From: Candidatus Trichofilum aggregatum
GTDB taxonomy: Bacteria > Chloroflexota > Anaerolineae > Promineifilales > Promineifilaceae
Assembly (NCBI GenBank): GCA_016716885.1
Contig: JADJUV010000025.1
Location: 2,688 to 66,687 of the forward strand
DNA: 64,000 bases
Reading direction: 5' to 3'
A program made the translations under genes and the position numbers. Numbering within the stretch: position 1 is the first letter of the stretch; each line of letters begins with the position of its first letter. This document shows, in pieces, positions 1-8,989 of the stretch. The notes beneath the pieces are model-generated. The model was not told the DNA's origin. It saw nothing but the letters and a program-made list of their open reading frames with translations, and did not search any database.

Positions 1-240
1 CTACTTATTAGGAAGACAACAAGTGTAACAAGTAACCAGTTTGTCCAATTCATTCTCTTTTAAGGCGTTTTGGGTGACGAACAGGGTTTCGGTGGTGAGT
101 TGCAGGTCGAGGAAGATGGTAGACTGGATGGTTTCGCCGGGGGCAAATTCACCCAGCAGGGCATATTCGCGGCCGCGTTCCGGCAAAAAATAATCCGTAA
201 TCGTGCGTGTCTTGGGGTTCGCCAGCCAGTATTCCTTCAT
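1..240 (-). pseudogene. Uma2-family (DUF820) endonuclease-like C-terminal fragment
   Basis: 79-aa ORF starting 1 nt after the stop of the upstream response regulator. The KEYWLANP...TITDYF segment looks like the C-terminal third of ~190-aa Uma2 proteins, and the N-terminal part is absent. Confidence 0.4.
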
Positions 241-241
241 C

Positions 242-883
242 CTACACCAGTCCTCGCCTCACCGCTTCCGCGGCCGCTTGCGCCCGCGTCTGCACCCCCA
301 ATTCGGCAAAAATCTGGCGCACCTTCCGTTTGACCGTGGCATCACTCATAAACATCACCTGGGCGATGTCGCCGTTGCTGGCGCCCTCGGCCAGCAGGCG
401 CAGGATTTGACGCTCCTCTACATCCAGGGCGAGTGTGTCTTTGGGGCGTGTTACCGGCTGACCTAACGCCCGTTGAATGACCTGCTCCGTCACCTGGGGG
501 CTAAAGGCCCGTTCCCCCCGGTGGACGGCCTGAATCGCATTCACCAGCATCTCATCCGACACGTTTTTGAGGATAAACCCCAACGCCCCCACCCGCAGAG
601 CTTCCATGATGTACTCCTCATCATCATACGAGGTGAGCATAAGTACTTGGGCGGTGGGAACTTGTTGCCGAATCTGGCGCAGAACATCCAGCCCCGATTC
701 ACCCGGCAGGCTGATGTCCAGCAAGGTCACATCCGGCGGAGCGTCCTGGAAATAGGCCAACGCCTGTTTGCCATTCTCCGCCTCACCCACCAGTTGAAAC
801 TCCGGGTAGTTGGAGAGCAAACTACGGATGCCCTGCCGCACAATAGGATGGTCGTCTACGACTAAAACGGTGATGGAAGTCAT
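242..883 (-). CDS. NarL/FixJ-family response regulator (receiver + LuxR-type HTH)
   Basis: VLVVDDHPIVRQG receiver start, LLDISLPGESG phospho-acceptor region, and C-terminal ERQILRLLAEGASNGDIA...TVKRKV LuxR HTH. Confidence 0.95.
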   Translation of the reverse strand: MTSITVLVVDDHPIVRQGIRSLLSNYPEFQLVGEAENGKQALAYFQDAPPDVTLLDISLPGESGLDVLRQIRQQVPTAQVLMLTSYDDEEYIMEALRVGALGFILKNVSDEMLVNAIQAVHRGERAFSPQVTEQVIQRALGQPVTRPKDTLALDVEERQILRLLAEGASNGDIAQVMFMSDATVKRKVRQIFAELGVQTRAQAAAEAVRRGLV

Positions 884-896
884 AGGGTTATGGGGG

Positions 897-1000
897 CAAA
901 TAATTAATCGGTGAATGGTTGAATGGGTGAATTGTTAATGAAGTCCGAAATCGCCTCATTAACAATTCACCAATTCACCAAATTCAACAATTAATTATTC
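897..1000. repeat. Long imperfect hairpin built from GGTGAAT-like words, between kinase and regulator genes
   Basis: Perfect 16-bp arms GGTGAATTGTTAATGA (926-941) and TCATTAACAATTCACC (956-971). Outer arms of GGTGAAT/GGTTGAAT words pair with ATTCACC words. Confidence 0.75.
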
Positions 1001-2298
1001 TCTTCTTCTGACACCTGGGTAATGGGCACAAGCAACTCAACATGGGTGCCGTGTGCCAGTTGGGACTGGATGGTAACGCGGCCGCCTAAACTTTCGGCTC
1101 GTTCCTTCATGCCAATCAGCCCCAGGTGGCCGTTGCTGTTCTGGTAAATGCCGGCCATATCAAACCCCCGCCCATCGTCAATGACGGTGAGTTTGAGGGT
1201 GTGGGGGGCAAAAGCGAGAACCACTTCGACATCGGTCGCGGCCGCGTGAACACTCACATTATGCAACGATTCCTGGAGCAGGCGAAACACGGCAATTTCT
1301 ACCTTCGCGGGCAGGCGGGCCGGTTCCCCAAACACCGCCACCCGGCAAGGAACCCCGTTGAACCCTTCAAACTGCTCGGCCAGGCGGCGAATGGCCGGGG
1401 CCAAACCGAGGGCGTCCAGGGTTGGCGGCCGCAAATCATAAATCACCCGCTTAATCTCCGCTTCCACCTGGCGCAAAATATTCTGCACCGATTCCAGCGA
1501 CTCATCCGCCCGCATCCACTCCGCCCGATCTAGCCGTTGCCGCGACGACTTAAGCTCCAGCATAGCCCCGATGAGCAACTGATTGATGCCATCGTGCATA
1601 TCTTGGGCAATTCGTTGCCGCTCCATCTCCTGCACATTCATCGTTTCTGTGAGCAAACGCTGCAACTGAGCCGCTTTCTGGGCCAGATCATCCCTGGCCT
1701 GCTCCAACTGCCAGGTGCGCCGGGCTACCTTTTGCTCCAGCGCTTCATTGGTAGCCTGCAACTGCTCGTAAAGTTGGGCATTGCGGATAACAATGGCTAC
1801 CTGGGCCGCATAGGTCAGGAGTAACTGCTCATGTTCATCCTCATAAGCGTCGGGCCGGTTCGCCACACCTATCATACCCATCGGTTCGTCGCGGATGCAC
1901 AGGGGCACGCCCAAAAATGTGCCCACCGGTGGATGTCCTTTGGGTTGGCCCACTCGCTGGGGGTCGGTCATGGCATCCAGGGAACGGATGGGTCGGTTCT
2001 CAATAACCACCCGGGCGAAAATATTGGGACGTAAAGGGATGAGGCGATTGTGTTCGTAGAAGGGCAGGCTGGGGTGAAAACCTTGAATGGCGACCACGTC
2101 CAGCGCTTTGTCATTGGCGGTAGTCAGGCCAATGAAGCCAAATTGGGAGCCGGTGAGTTCCAGGCAGTGGCGCAGGGCCGTCGCCAGTACCGTGTCCAGG
2201 CTACGCAGGGCGGAAAGTTCAACGGCCATCTGATAAAGAGCCTGCAAACGCTCAAACGGTTCGGTTTGCAGAGGATCGGGGGGTGTCAGGGTTAGCAT
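991..2298 (-). CDS. GAF-domain sensor histidine kinase (HisKA_3/NarX-DesK type)
   Basis: N-terminal GAF-like region, coiled coil, H-box QDMHDGINQLL, and C-terminal HATPase motifs (DDGRGF, GLIGMKERAESLGG). Sits immediately upstream of the cognate regulator. Confidence 0.9.
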   Translation of the reverse strand: MLTLTPPDPLQTEPFERLQALYQMAVELSALRSLDTVLATALRHCLELTGSQFGFIGLTTANDKALDVVAIQGFHPSLPFYEHNRLIPLRPNIFARVVIENRPIRSLDAMTDPQRVGQPKGHPPVGTFLGVPLCIRDEPMGMIGVANRPDAYEDEHEQLLLTYAAQVAIVIRNAQLYEQLQATNEALEQKVARRTWQLEQARDDLAQKAAQLQRLLTETMNVQEMERQRIAQDMHDGINQLLIGAMLELKSSRQRLDRAEWMRADESLESVQNILRQVEAEIKRVIYDLRPPTLDALGLAPAIRRLAEQFEGFNGVPCRVAVFGEPARLPAKVEIAVFRLLQESLHNVSVHAAATDVEVVLAFAPHTLKLTVIDDGRGFDMAGIYQNSNGHLGLIGMKERAESLGGRVTIQSQLAHGTHVELLVPITQVSEEENN

Positions 2299-2400
2299 TC
2301 CCTGATTGTAAGGAGTGGATGGTAATTGTCAACGTGTTGCCAGCAAGCGGGTGTGCGCCAAATTTATGGCTGACTACAAGAGTGGAGAAGAATGAGGTGT

Positions 2401-2633
2401 CAGCCATTCTCAATTTGAGACCATGCGTAGGGGCGGCACAGGGGGGCCAGGATTTAGCCAGAACAGGAAGCCTAACTACAGTTCGTGGCGTACCTACCCA
2501 CCTGTCTCGCCCTCTTGTGAGCCGTCGTGGTAAGAGGGCGAGACGACGCGGAAAGATCGTGGCCCGGTTCATCCGCATTGAACCCGCATCGTCCCGCCCC
2601 TACCCTTGTTGGATGACAAATTGAGAGTTGCTG
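2401..2633. mobile_element. MITE-like 233-bp element, copy 1
   Basis: Terminal inverted repeats CAGCCATTCTCAATTTGAGA / complement of CAGCAACTCTCAATTTGTCA. Internal arms GTAGGGGCGG...CCGCCCCTAC and CCACCTGTCTCGCCCT...AGGGCGAGACGAC. Flanked by the 9-bp direct repeat ATGAGGTGT (2392-2400 and 2634-2642). Second copy at 63139-63341. Confidence 0.7.
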
Positions 2634-2810
2634 ATGAGGTGTATAATTACCTGCACATTCCGTCCTAACCTGGATAAGCCTGAACCAAAGCGGTTTTGCC
2701 ACGAATTAACACGAGTTAGGACGAATGAGAAAAAGATAATTCGTGCCAATTCGTGAAGTTCGTGGCAGATATCCTTGTTTTCTGCACAAGAAATTGACTT
2801 GTAACCTGCT

Positions 2811-2910
2811 ACTCGACTTTGGCAAAAATGAGAACGACCTCTGGAAATCCTCTCGTTGTTTAATCTCTTCGTCTCCAGAGGTGAAATTAAAAACGCCAAA
2901 CTCCAGTAAA
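2811..2910 (+). repeat. ~100-bp nested-hairpin repeat, copy A
   Basis: ACTCGACTTTGGC...GACCTCTGGAAA...TCTCCAGAGGT...CGCCAAACTCCAGT. The same architecture occurs at 17701, 29282 (reverse) and 33229. Confidence 0.8.
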
Positions 2911-2931
2911 ATAGTAAAAAACACGGGTCCC

Positions 2932-4513
2932 ATGATTACTTTAATACGGTGGGTTACGTTTTATGCGGAATCGTTGACCGGGGGATTATTCCTCTGGTTG
3001 GGTCTTTATATTCTTTCGCGAGGTTTTCCGCTGGCTCGTGGGGCTGAAAAACGTTGGTGGTGGCGGCACGGGACTTTTGCGGCGGGATTAAGTTTTGTCC
3101 TGGCAGCCTGGTTTATTTTTGGGATTGCCCTGCGTTCGATTGTGGTTGATCAGGATGAGTATGTCTTGTGGTTACGCTTAACCTGGTGGCCGGTGCCTCT
3201 GGCTTTGGTGTTGTGGTTGCGAGCCGTATGGCTTATTCCGGCGAAGGGTAAACCGGCGGAATTGTCTGATGGGGAGCGCTGGGTGTTGTGGGGCGGGCTG
3301 ACCGCGGCCGCGCTGCTGGCCCTTTCTCAGTTTCACCGCCAACACGGTTTTCCGTTATCAAGATGTTGTCGCTACCGCGGCCGCGTGGACTGATTATTAT
3401 CACATCCCCCCTAACACACCTCCCTATTACCTGTTTATTGCCTTCCTGCTCCTGATTCTCTTCAGCACCGCCCTCTCCCTATATCAGCGTTACCGTTCCA
3501 GCCCTCCGGGTTCCCCGGCCCAACGCGAATTTCGATTGCTGACATGGGGCACGCTACTTTTCATTGTTGGCGCAACCATTGGTGTAGCTGATTCCCTGTT
3601 GGGGCAAAACGCCTGGCAAGAACATGTGGGGTACGCCATTGCGGCCGCGGGCATTCTGTTCCTGGGGCGTGGTGTCTTGCGCTACAATGCCCTCATTGAT
3701 CAGAAGATCATTCAACAGGATTTTGGACGCTCTTTACGGGGGGCGTTGGCGAGTTCCCTACTCTTTCTCCTCATATTCAACGTCGCTTTTGCGGTTACGG
3801 ACAATCCGCTTCCCCCATTGGTTGTGCCGCTCTTAATCTATGTGCCCATTTTTATTACCACTCCCTTACGATGGTTCATCAGCCTGATGGATCAATGGTT
3901 GTTACCTGCCTGGCAAGCCCAGTTCATGTGGCGGCTGACCGAAGTGCGTCAACAGGTGCTCACATCGCCTAATAAGCAAGAAGCTTTGCAACTGGCCATG
4001 GAACAGTTACGCCAGAGCACGCAGGAAGCGCAATTGGGCCAGATTCAGGAAATGATTGGGGCTGAGGTAGCAGCTATTTTCCGCCACAGCGGTTTTAAGC
4101 AGGAATCTGTGCTAACCAAGAGCCAATTGTTTGAGTTAAGTCAGGTTGAACAAGCCCTGAACGCATATTGTCAGGAGCATAACCTGGTGATGGGCTTGCT
4201 GACTAATCGGGAGAAGTCTCGTTTTTTGCAAGGGTTCTTGTCCCATTTCATGCACCAGCATCTTAGGCCATCCGCCCGCCATGCCGACCGTCACCCGATT
4301 GATGACCACGAAATTGAATATTTGCTCCTCTACAAAAGCTACGTTGAAGGCAAGATACGAATGGAAGTCATTCACGAAATAGAGGCTGAGACGGGTTTTC
4401 GCCTGGCGGGGAGTGGAACTGGCGGCCGCGTTTATGCTCAATTTTTGCAGAATGGTCGGCAACGCCTGGCCGAACTTCTATGGCATGAGGAACTCCGTTT
4501 TTACAACAGTTAA
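2932..4513 (+). CDS. Polytopic membrane protein of unknown function, apparently one gene split by a frameshift near 3331-3333
   Basis: ATG at 2932 follows the repeat. The hydrophobic ORF ends at 3393, but the frame of ORF 3536..4513 is open back to about 3302 and reads on as TANTVFRYQDVVATAAAWTDYYHIPPNTPPYYLFIAF. No recognisable family. Confidence 0.5.
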
Positions 4514-4686
4514 CCTCAATTTACCCCCCTTCCACCATCCATCATCTAAAGAGAAACTCCCTTTATCACCTATTGACCCCCTGTAGACAACATTGGGACA
4601 ACATTTGTGGTTGTATTGGACAGCTTTTCGCTCTATGAAAGGGAGTGTTCCTGTTGCGACCTTGCCTGATGATAAGGAGAAATGAA

Positions 4687-5355
4687 ATGCGTCTATTGAG
4701 GTATTGGTACATTTTGTTGGTTGTGGCTGTGGTTATACCCTGTTTAGTCTGGGCGTTTGTCTGGTTTTTGCGCTATTTTCTTGGCCCCGATCTGTGGTTT
4801 GCGTTTGGCTATCTTTACTTCCTGTTGAGCTTGGGAATGAGTTCCAGTTTGTTGTCTTATGGGGCTAAAGCGCTTGTCTATGGGGGAATTGGCCTGGGTT
4901 TGTGGCTTTGGTTGCGGCAAGATGGTCGGTTCGCGGCCGCGCAGGAGCAAGCGCAGATGCAACCCTTGCGGATTTTGGTCTTGGGCCAGGGTGATACCAG
5001 TCTGGAACACCAGTTAATCAAGAAAATGGAGCAAGCTCTACCCGAATGTCATCTAACCTATTTTGACCTGACCGCGGCCGCGGTTGAAGGTTCTCTCCCT
5101 GTCAGCCAACAGTTTGTCGGCATAGACCTGATCATCGGTCGCTGGCCGTTGACCTTGGCCGGGAAAGAGGCTATGCCCCTTACCGACGAAGTAACAGCAC
5201 TCCTCGTCAGTAGCTCTGCACCCAGAATTATCATCCCCCATCAAGTTTCTGGTTCGGACTGGGCGGGACTGATGAATGATAGTGACAATATGGTGATTGA
5301 ATCTGTTGTAGATAAAGTGAAAAAGTTGTCGCTTCGCCAGGCTGCGTATGAATAA
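4687..5355 (+). CDS. Membrane protein, unknown function
   Basis: AAGGAGA RBS 7 nt before ATG 4687. Two to three predicted TM helices followed by a soluble domain. Start uncertain (the ORF opens at 4645). Confidence 0.6.
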   Translation: MRLLRYWYILLVVAVVIPCLVWAFVWFLRYFLGPDLWFAFGYLYFLLSLGMSSSLLSYGAKALVYGGIGLGLWLWLRQDGRFAAAQEQAQMQPLRILVLGQGDTSLEHQLIKKMEQALPECHLTYFDLTAAAVEGSLPVSQQFVGIDLIIGRWPLTLAGKEAMPLTDEVTALLVSSSAPRIIIPHQVSGSDWAGLMNDSDNMVIESVVDKVKKLSLRQAAYE

Positions 5356-5680
5356 AAAAGTGTCGAAAATGGTTTCTTCAGTAGCTGATTTGTTGGCCGT
5401 CATTAGTTGTTTGTGGGGCATGGCAGGGGTGTGTGGTCTGGCATGTGGTCTTAGCTTTGTGGGATTAGAACCCATATTCGTTATTGGTCTCTATGTAGGA
5501 TTGCCCTCTTTTGCAATTGGCATTCTGGCGCTTATTGCTGGTCTTTTGACATACCAGGCGGGAAAGCCACAAACGCAACTAAAGATGGCGATTATCGGGT
5601 TATTCTGCGGGGCATTAGAGATTGCGGCCGCATTTGCGCTCATCACCTATTTCACCTATTTATTCACTTCAATTCATTAG
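5348..5680 (+). CDS. Small membrane protein, unknown function
   Basis: 110 aa with three hydrophobic segments. Overlaps the upstream stop by 8 nt. Confidence 0.55.
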   Translation: MNKKVSKMVSSVADLLAVISCLWGMAGVCGLACGLSFVGLEPIFVIGLYVGLPSFAIGILALIAGLLTYQAGKPQTQLKMAIIGLFCGALEIAAAFALITYFTYLFTSIH

Positions 5681-5770
5681 TCATCGTTCGTTTTTAACTT
5701 AGCGATTTTTAGATTGCGGCAGTCTTCAAGACTGCCGCAATCTAGCGAACTTATTCACGAACGACTACTT
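5678..5770. repeat. Long hairpin with a perfect 16-bp inner palindrome
   Basis: AGATTGCGGCAGTCTT (5711-5726) C AAGACTGCCGCAATCT (5728-5743). Outer arms AGTCATCGTTCG / CGAACGACTACT pair imperfectly. Lies directly after the stop at 5680. Confidence 0.8.
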
Positions 5771-5841
5771 AGTTGTTGGGTTATCCATCAGGCCATTTGT
5801 TGTTGTGGCTTTGGATGTCTCATTCGTGAGGTACGGATATT

Positions 5842-6419
5842 ATGAACCTACACTTACACTGGAAAGAGCAAGTACCGAATGGGCTGACGCTGAGCCGGTT
5901 GGTGTTGACGCCGGGGTTGCTGGTTTGGCTGTGGGTGGATAATCCCAGACTGTTTCTGCTTTACGGGCTGGCTTTGGTGCTGACGGATGTGTTGGATGGG
6001 GTGTTGGCGCGGACGTGGGGCGTGATGACGGATCGCGGCCGCGACCTGGACGGCAAAGCGGATATGGTTTTTCACACTACCTTTTATGGGGGAGCGGTCT
6101 GGTTCTTGTGGGATGAGATCGCGGCCGCTTGGCCCATCGTCTTCTTGCCCATTCTGCTCTTTGCCCTGCTCCAGCCCCTCGGCTACCTGCTCACCGGCAA
6201 ACCGCGCCAGATTCACCTCATCAGCAAAAAATCACCTCAATCGCCTTTGTCCTCTGGATCAGCACCTCGCTCTGGTCACAATTTAACTACCCGTTCCTGA
6301 TGCTCTTCAATGCGTTGACCCTGGCTGTATTTATTGAGGAGATAACCCTCTATTTGATTTTACGGACAAGAATTGATGAGAACCTGGTTTCAATTCTTCA
6401 ACTAAGGAGGCGATTTTGA
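5842..6419 (+). CDS. CDP-alcohol phosphatidyltransferase family protein, frame broken in an A6 run (6226-6231)
   Basis: Signature DVLDGVLAR-x8-G-x3-D-x3-D (TDVLDGVLARTWGVMTDRGRDLDGKADM). After the A6 run the hydrophobic continuation ITSIAFVLWISTSLW... is in the next frame (ORF 6129..6419). Confidence 0.75.
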
Positions 6420-6889
6420 AAAATAAAATAGCTTATCATTGGTTCATTGGTTTGGTTTTTGGGTTAGCGTTAGCGGTTGGGGCCTATTTTAGACAGTCAG
6501 CACAGGCTCACGAAGGGCATACGGTTGACTTGATTTACTTTTTGGCTGAAAGTGACCCGGAGGGAGTGCGATTGGAATGGAGAACTGCCTCGGAGCATGA
6601 CATTGCCGGTTTTCGGGTGAAAAGAGCAACTCAGCCGGATGGCCCTTATGAAACCATTGATGTTGTTTGGAATGGTCAAACGGTTAATATCATTCCGGCG
6701 ATGGCAACATTCCCTGAAACTGGGGAACTGTATGAGGTGTGGGATGTCGCGGCCGCAGGTGGACAAACGTATTGGTACAAACTGGCAGTGCTTGAATTTA
6801 GCGGAATCGAAGTGTTGTTTGGCCCTGTTTCAACTGTTGGTGGTTACAGCCCAAGAATCTATCTACCGCTTTTATTGACTTCATACTAA
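6416..6889 (+). CDS. Secreted or membrane-anchored protein, unknown function
   Basis: AAGGAGG RBS. TTG start overlaps the upstream stop (TTTTGA). N-terminal hydrophobic signal/anchor, a beta-rich body, and a hydrophobic C-terminus RIYLPLLLTSY. Confidence 0.6.
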   Translation: MKNKIAYHWFIGLVFGLALAVGAYFRQSAQAHEGHTVDLIYFLAESDPEGVRLEWRTASEHDIAGFRVKRATQPDGPYETIDVVWNGQTVNIIPAMATFPETGELYEVWDVAAAGGQTYWYKLAVLEFSGIEVLFGPVSTVGGYSPRIYLPLLLTSY

Positions 6890-6969
6890 CTCAGACAAGC
6901 TGGAGAGCTAGAAGGAGAATGCATGGCTTTACGCCTATCTCTTGCTCCAACCTCTCGCTCTAGCTCCCC

Positions 6970-7638
6970 TTAGATCAGCCCTAGTTCTCGTGCCTTAAGG
7001 GCCGCCTGCGTGCGATCCCGCACCCCTAGTTTGCCCAAAATATTGGTGATGTGGTTTTTGACTGTGCCCTCGGTGATGTAAAGGGCGTTGGCGATTTCCC
7101 GATTGCTGGCTCCTTGTGACAGGTGGCGCAAAATCTCTAACTCACGCTCAGAGAGGGGTTCTAGCAGTGGGGTGGACGTTGGCGTGGTTGCGCCGGAAGA
7201 TGGCGAAGAGGTGTCGCCGAGCCGGTAAAATTCGGCTACCAGGCGGGTAGCCACCGAGGGATGCAGGAAGGACTCACCGCGAGCGGTGGTGCGGATGGCC
7301 TCAACCAGCCGGGTTGAAGGCACGTCTTTGAGCAGATAGCCCACGGCTCCGGCGCGTAACCCTTCAAAAACATGTTCGTCGTCGTCGAAGGTGGTGAGGA
7401 CGATGACCTGGATGTGGGGATAGGCCGCCCGCAGGCGCCGGGTCGCGGCCGCGCCGTCTAACACCGGCATCCGCAAATCCATCAACACCACATCCGGTTG
7501 CAGGGCCGCCGCCTGGGTCAGCGCTTCTTCCCCATTCCCGGCCTCACCCACCACCTGCACATCAGGGTAAACCGAGAGCAATGTGCTCAACCCTTCTCGG
7601 AAGAGGGCCTGATCATCAACTAGAAGTACACGAATCAT
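6970..7638 (-). CDS. NarL/FixJ-family response regulator
   Basis: MIRVLLVDDQALFREG receiver and C-terminal ERELEILRHLSQGASNREIA...TVKNHI LuxR HTH. Confidence 0.95.
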   Translation of the reverse strand: MIRVLLVDDQALFREGLSTLLSVYPDVQVVGEAGNGEEALTQAAALQPDVVLMDLRMPVLDGAAATRRLRAAYPHIQVIVLTTFDDDEHVFEGLRAGAVGYLLKDVPSTRLVEAIRTTARGESFLHPSVATRLVAEFYRLGDTSSPSSGATTPTSTPLLEPLSERELEILRHLSQGASNREIANALYITEGTVKNHITNILGKLGVRDRTQAALKARELGLI

Positions 7639-7654
7639 TGATTGTCCTCACTCG

Positions 7655-7682
7655 TGGTGCATGGTGTATGGTGCGTGGTGCA
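7655..7682. repeat. Heptamer array (TGGTGYR)x4 between kinase and regulator genes
   Basis: TGGTGCA TGGTGTA TGGTGCG TGGTGCA, followed at 7699-7717 by GGTTACTGGTTACTGTTCAC, the complement of the GTGAACAG word family. Confidence 0.8.
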
Positions 7683-7717
7683 TAGAACCTGTTAACTTGT
7701 TTGTCATTGGTTACTGG

Positions 7718-8932
7718 TTACTGTTCACGGCCCTCGCTCTTCTCTACGGGTAACGACACGACCAGCCGGAACCCTTTGCCGGGTGTGGTTTCTGTCCGGA
7801 CATGCCCGCCTAACAGAGAGACCCGTTCCTGGATGCCGATGAGACCAAAGCCGTTGTGAGTGCTCGCGGCCGCGCCAATGCCATTATCGGCTACCGTTAA
7901 TTTGATCCACTCCGACCCATAATCCAGCCCCACATCCACCCGAGAAGCCAGAGCGTGTTTGCGCACATTGGTCAGCCCCTCTTGTACGGCCCGGTAGAGG
8001 GTCATCTGTACCTCATGGGGTAGGGGGAGAATGTTACCCGTGACTTGCCACGCGGCCGCGAGGCCCGCTTCCCGGCACCCTTCTATCAGCTCACCAATCA
8101 CATCCGTCAGAGAACGATTATCCAGCGGCGATTCCCGCAACGCTTTCACCGACCGGCGTACCTCATGCAAACCATCCTGGGTCAGTTGTTGGGCTTTCTG
8201 CAACGCCCCCAACCCCTTCTCCCTGTCCTTATCTATTACCGCCTGAGCCGCGCCAAGTTGAACATTAATCACCGTCAGATAATGTCCCAGGCTATCATGA
8301 ATATCGCGTGCCAGCCGATTGCGCTCCTTCGTTGTAGCTAACTCCTCAACCTGCGCCGCATACAGCCGGAGTTTCTGATTGGCTTCATTCAACGCCGTTG
8401 CCAACCGCTCCATATTTTCCCGTGCCGCTCGTTCCCGCTGTGCCATGCGGGTAAACACATTGACAAACAAAATAGCCGGTATCAAAGAAAACACCGTGTC
8501 GGCAGCTACTTCCCAGCCAAAAATTTGCGTGGTTGGCCAGACAAACGTGATCACGGCTAATAGCGAAACGATGGCATTCCAAAATTTAGGGTGGGGCGAA
8601 ATTTCCAGGCTTTGTGACACCACCGGCAACACAATTAGCCAGGTCATGCCAAAATTCTGATCTTGCATGGACACAAAGTTAATAACCGTTGCCAGAATCA
8701 ATGCTGTCGGAAAATAGACGCCGGTAAGCCAGCCAGAAGGGGATTCATCGCCAAGAAATAGGGCCGCCCAAACGTTTATCAGCAGAAAAAGAGCGCCTAA
8801 TATCAGGAGTAAGCTCAGGGTTCCCGAACGATGCTCACCACGAGCAAGGCTCACGACAAATACTGAAACGACCAGCACCAGCATGGCCGTCAGCCCCCCT
8901 TTTTCCCGCTCTATCCGTTGCACTAAACTCAT
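7718..8932 (-). CDS. Membrane sensor histidine kinase (HisKA_3, LiaS/DesK-like)
   Basis: Five to six N-terminal TM segments, H-box RDIHDSLGHYLT, and HATPase_c motifs (DNGIG, GLIGIQERVSLLGG). Confidence 0.9.
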   Translation of the reverse strand: MSLVQRIEREKGGLTAMLVLVVSVFVVSLARGEHRSGTLSLLLILGALFLLINVWAALFLGDESPSGWLTGVYFPTALILATVINFVSMQDQNFGMTWLIVLPVVSQSLEISPHPKFWNAIVSLLAVITFVWPTTQIFGWEVAADTVFSLIPAILFVNVFTRMAQRERAARENMERLATALNEANQKLRLYAAQVEELATTKERNRLARDIHDSLGHYLTVINVQLGAAQAVIDKDREKGLGALQKAQQLTQDGLHEVRRSVKALRESPLDNRSLTDVIGELIEGCREAGLAAAWQVTGNILPLPHEVQMTLYRAVQEGLTNVRKHALASRVDVGLDYGSEWIKLTVADNGIGAAASTHNGFGLIGIQERVSLLGGHVRTETTPGKGFRLVVSLPVEKSEGREQ

Positions 8933-8989
8933 CTTATTTATTCCGCCTTATAGGCCTGTACAGCTTGGCGTAAGTAGGTTGTATGTGTA

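Noticed and set aside
2252-2702. ORFs 2252..2578(-), 2283..2624(+) and 2472..2702(-); also 63074..63289(+) and 8883..9278(+)
   Set aside because: They lie entirely within the MITE-like or G/C-run repeat elements, and the two element copies are not conserved at the protein level.
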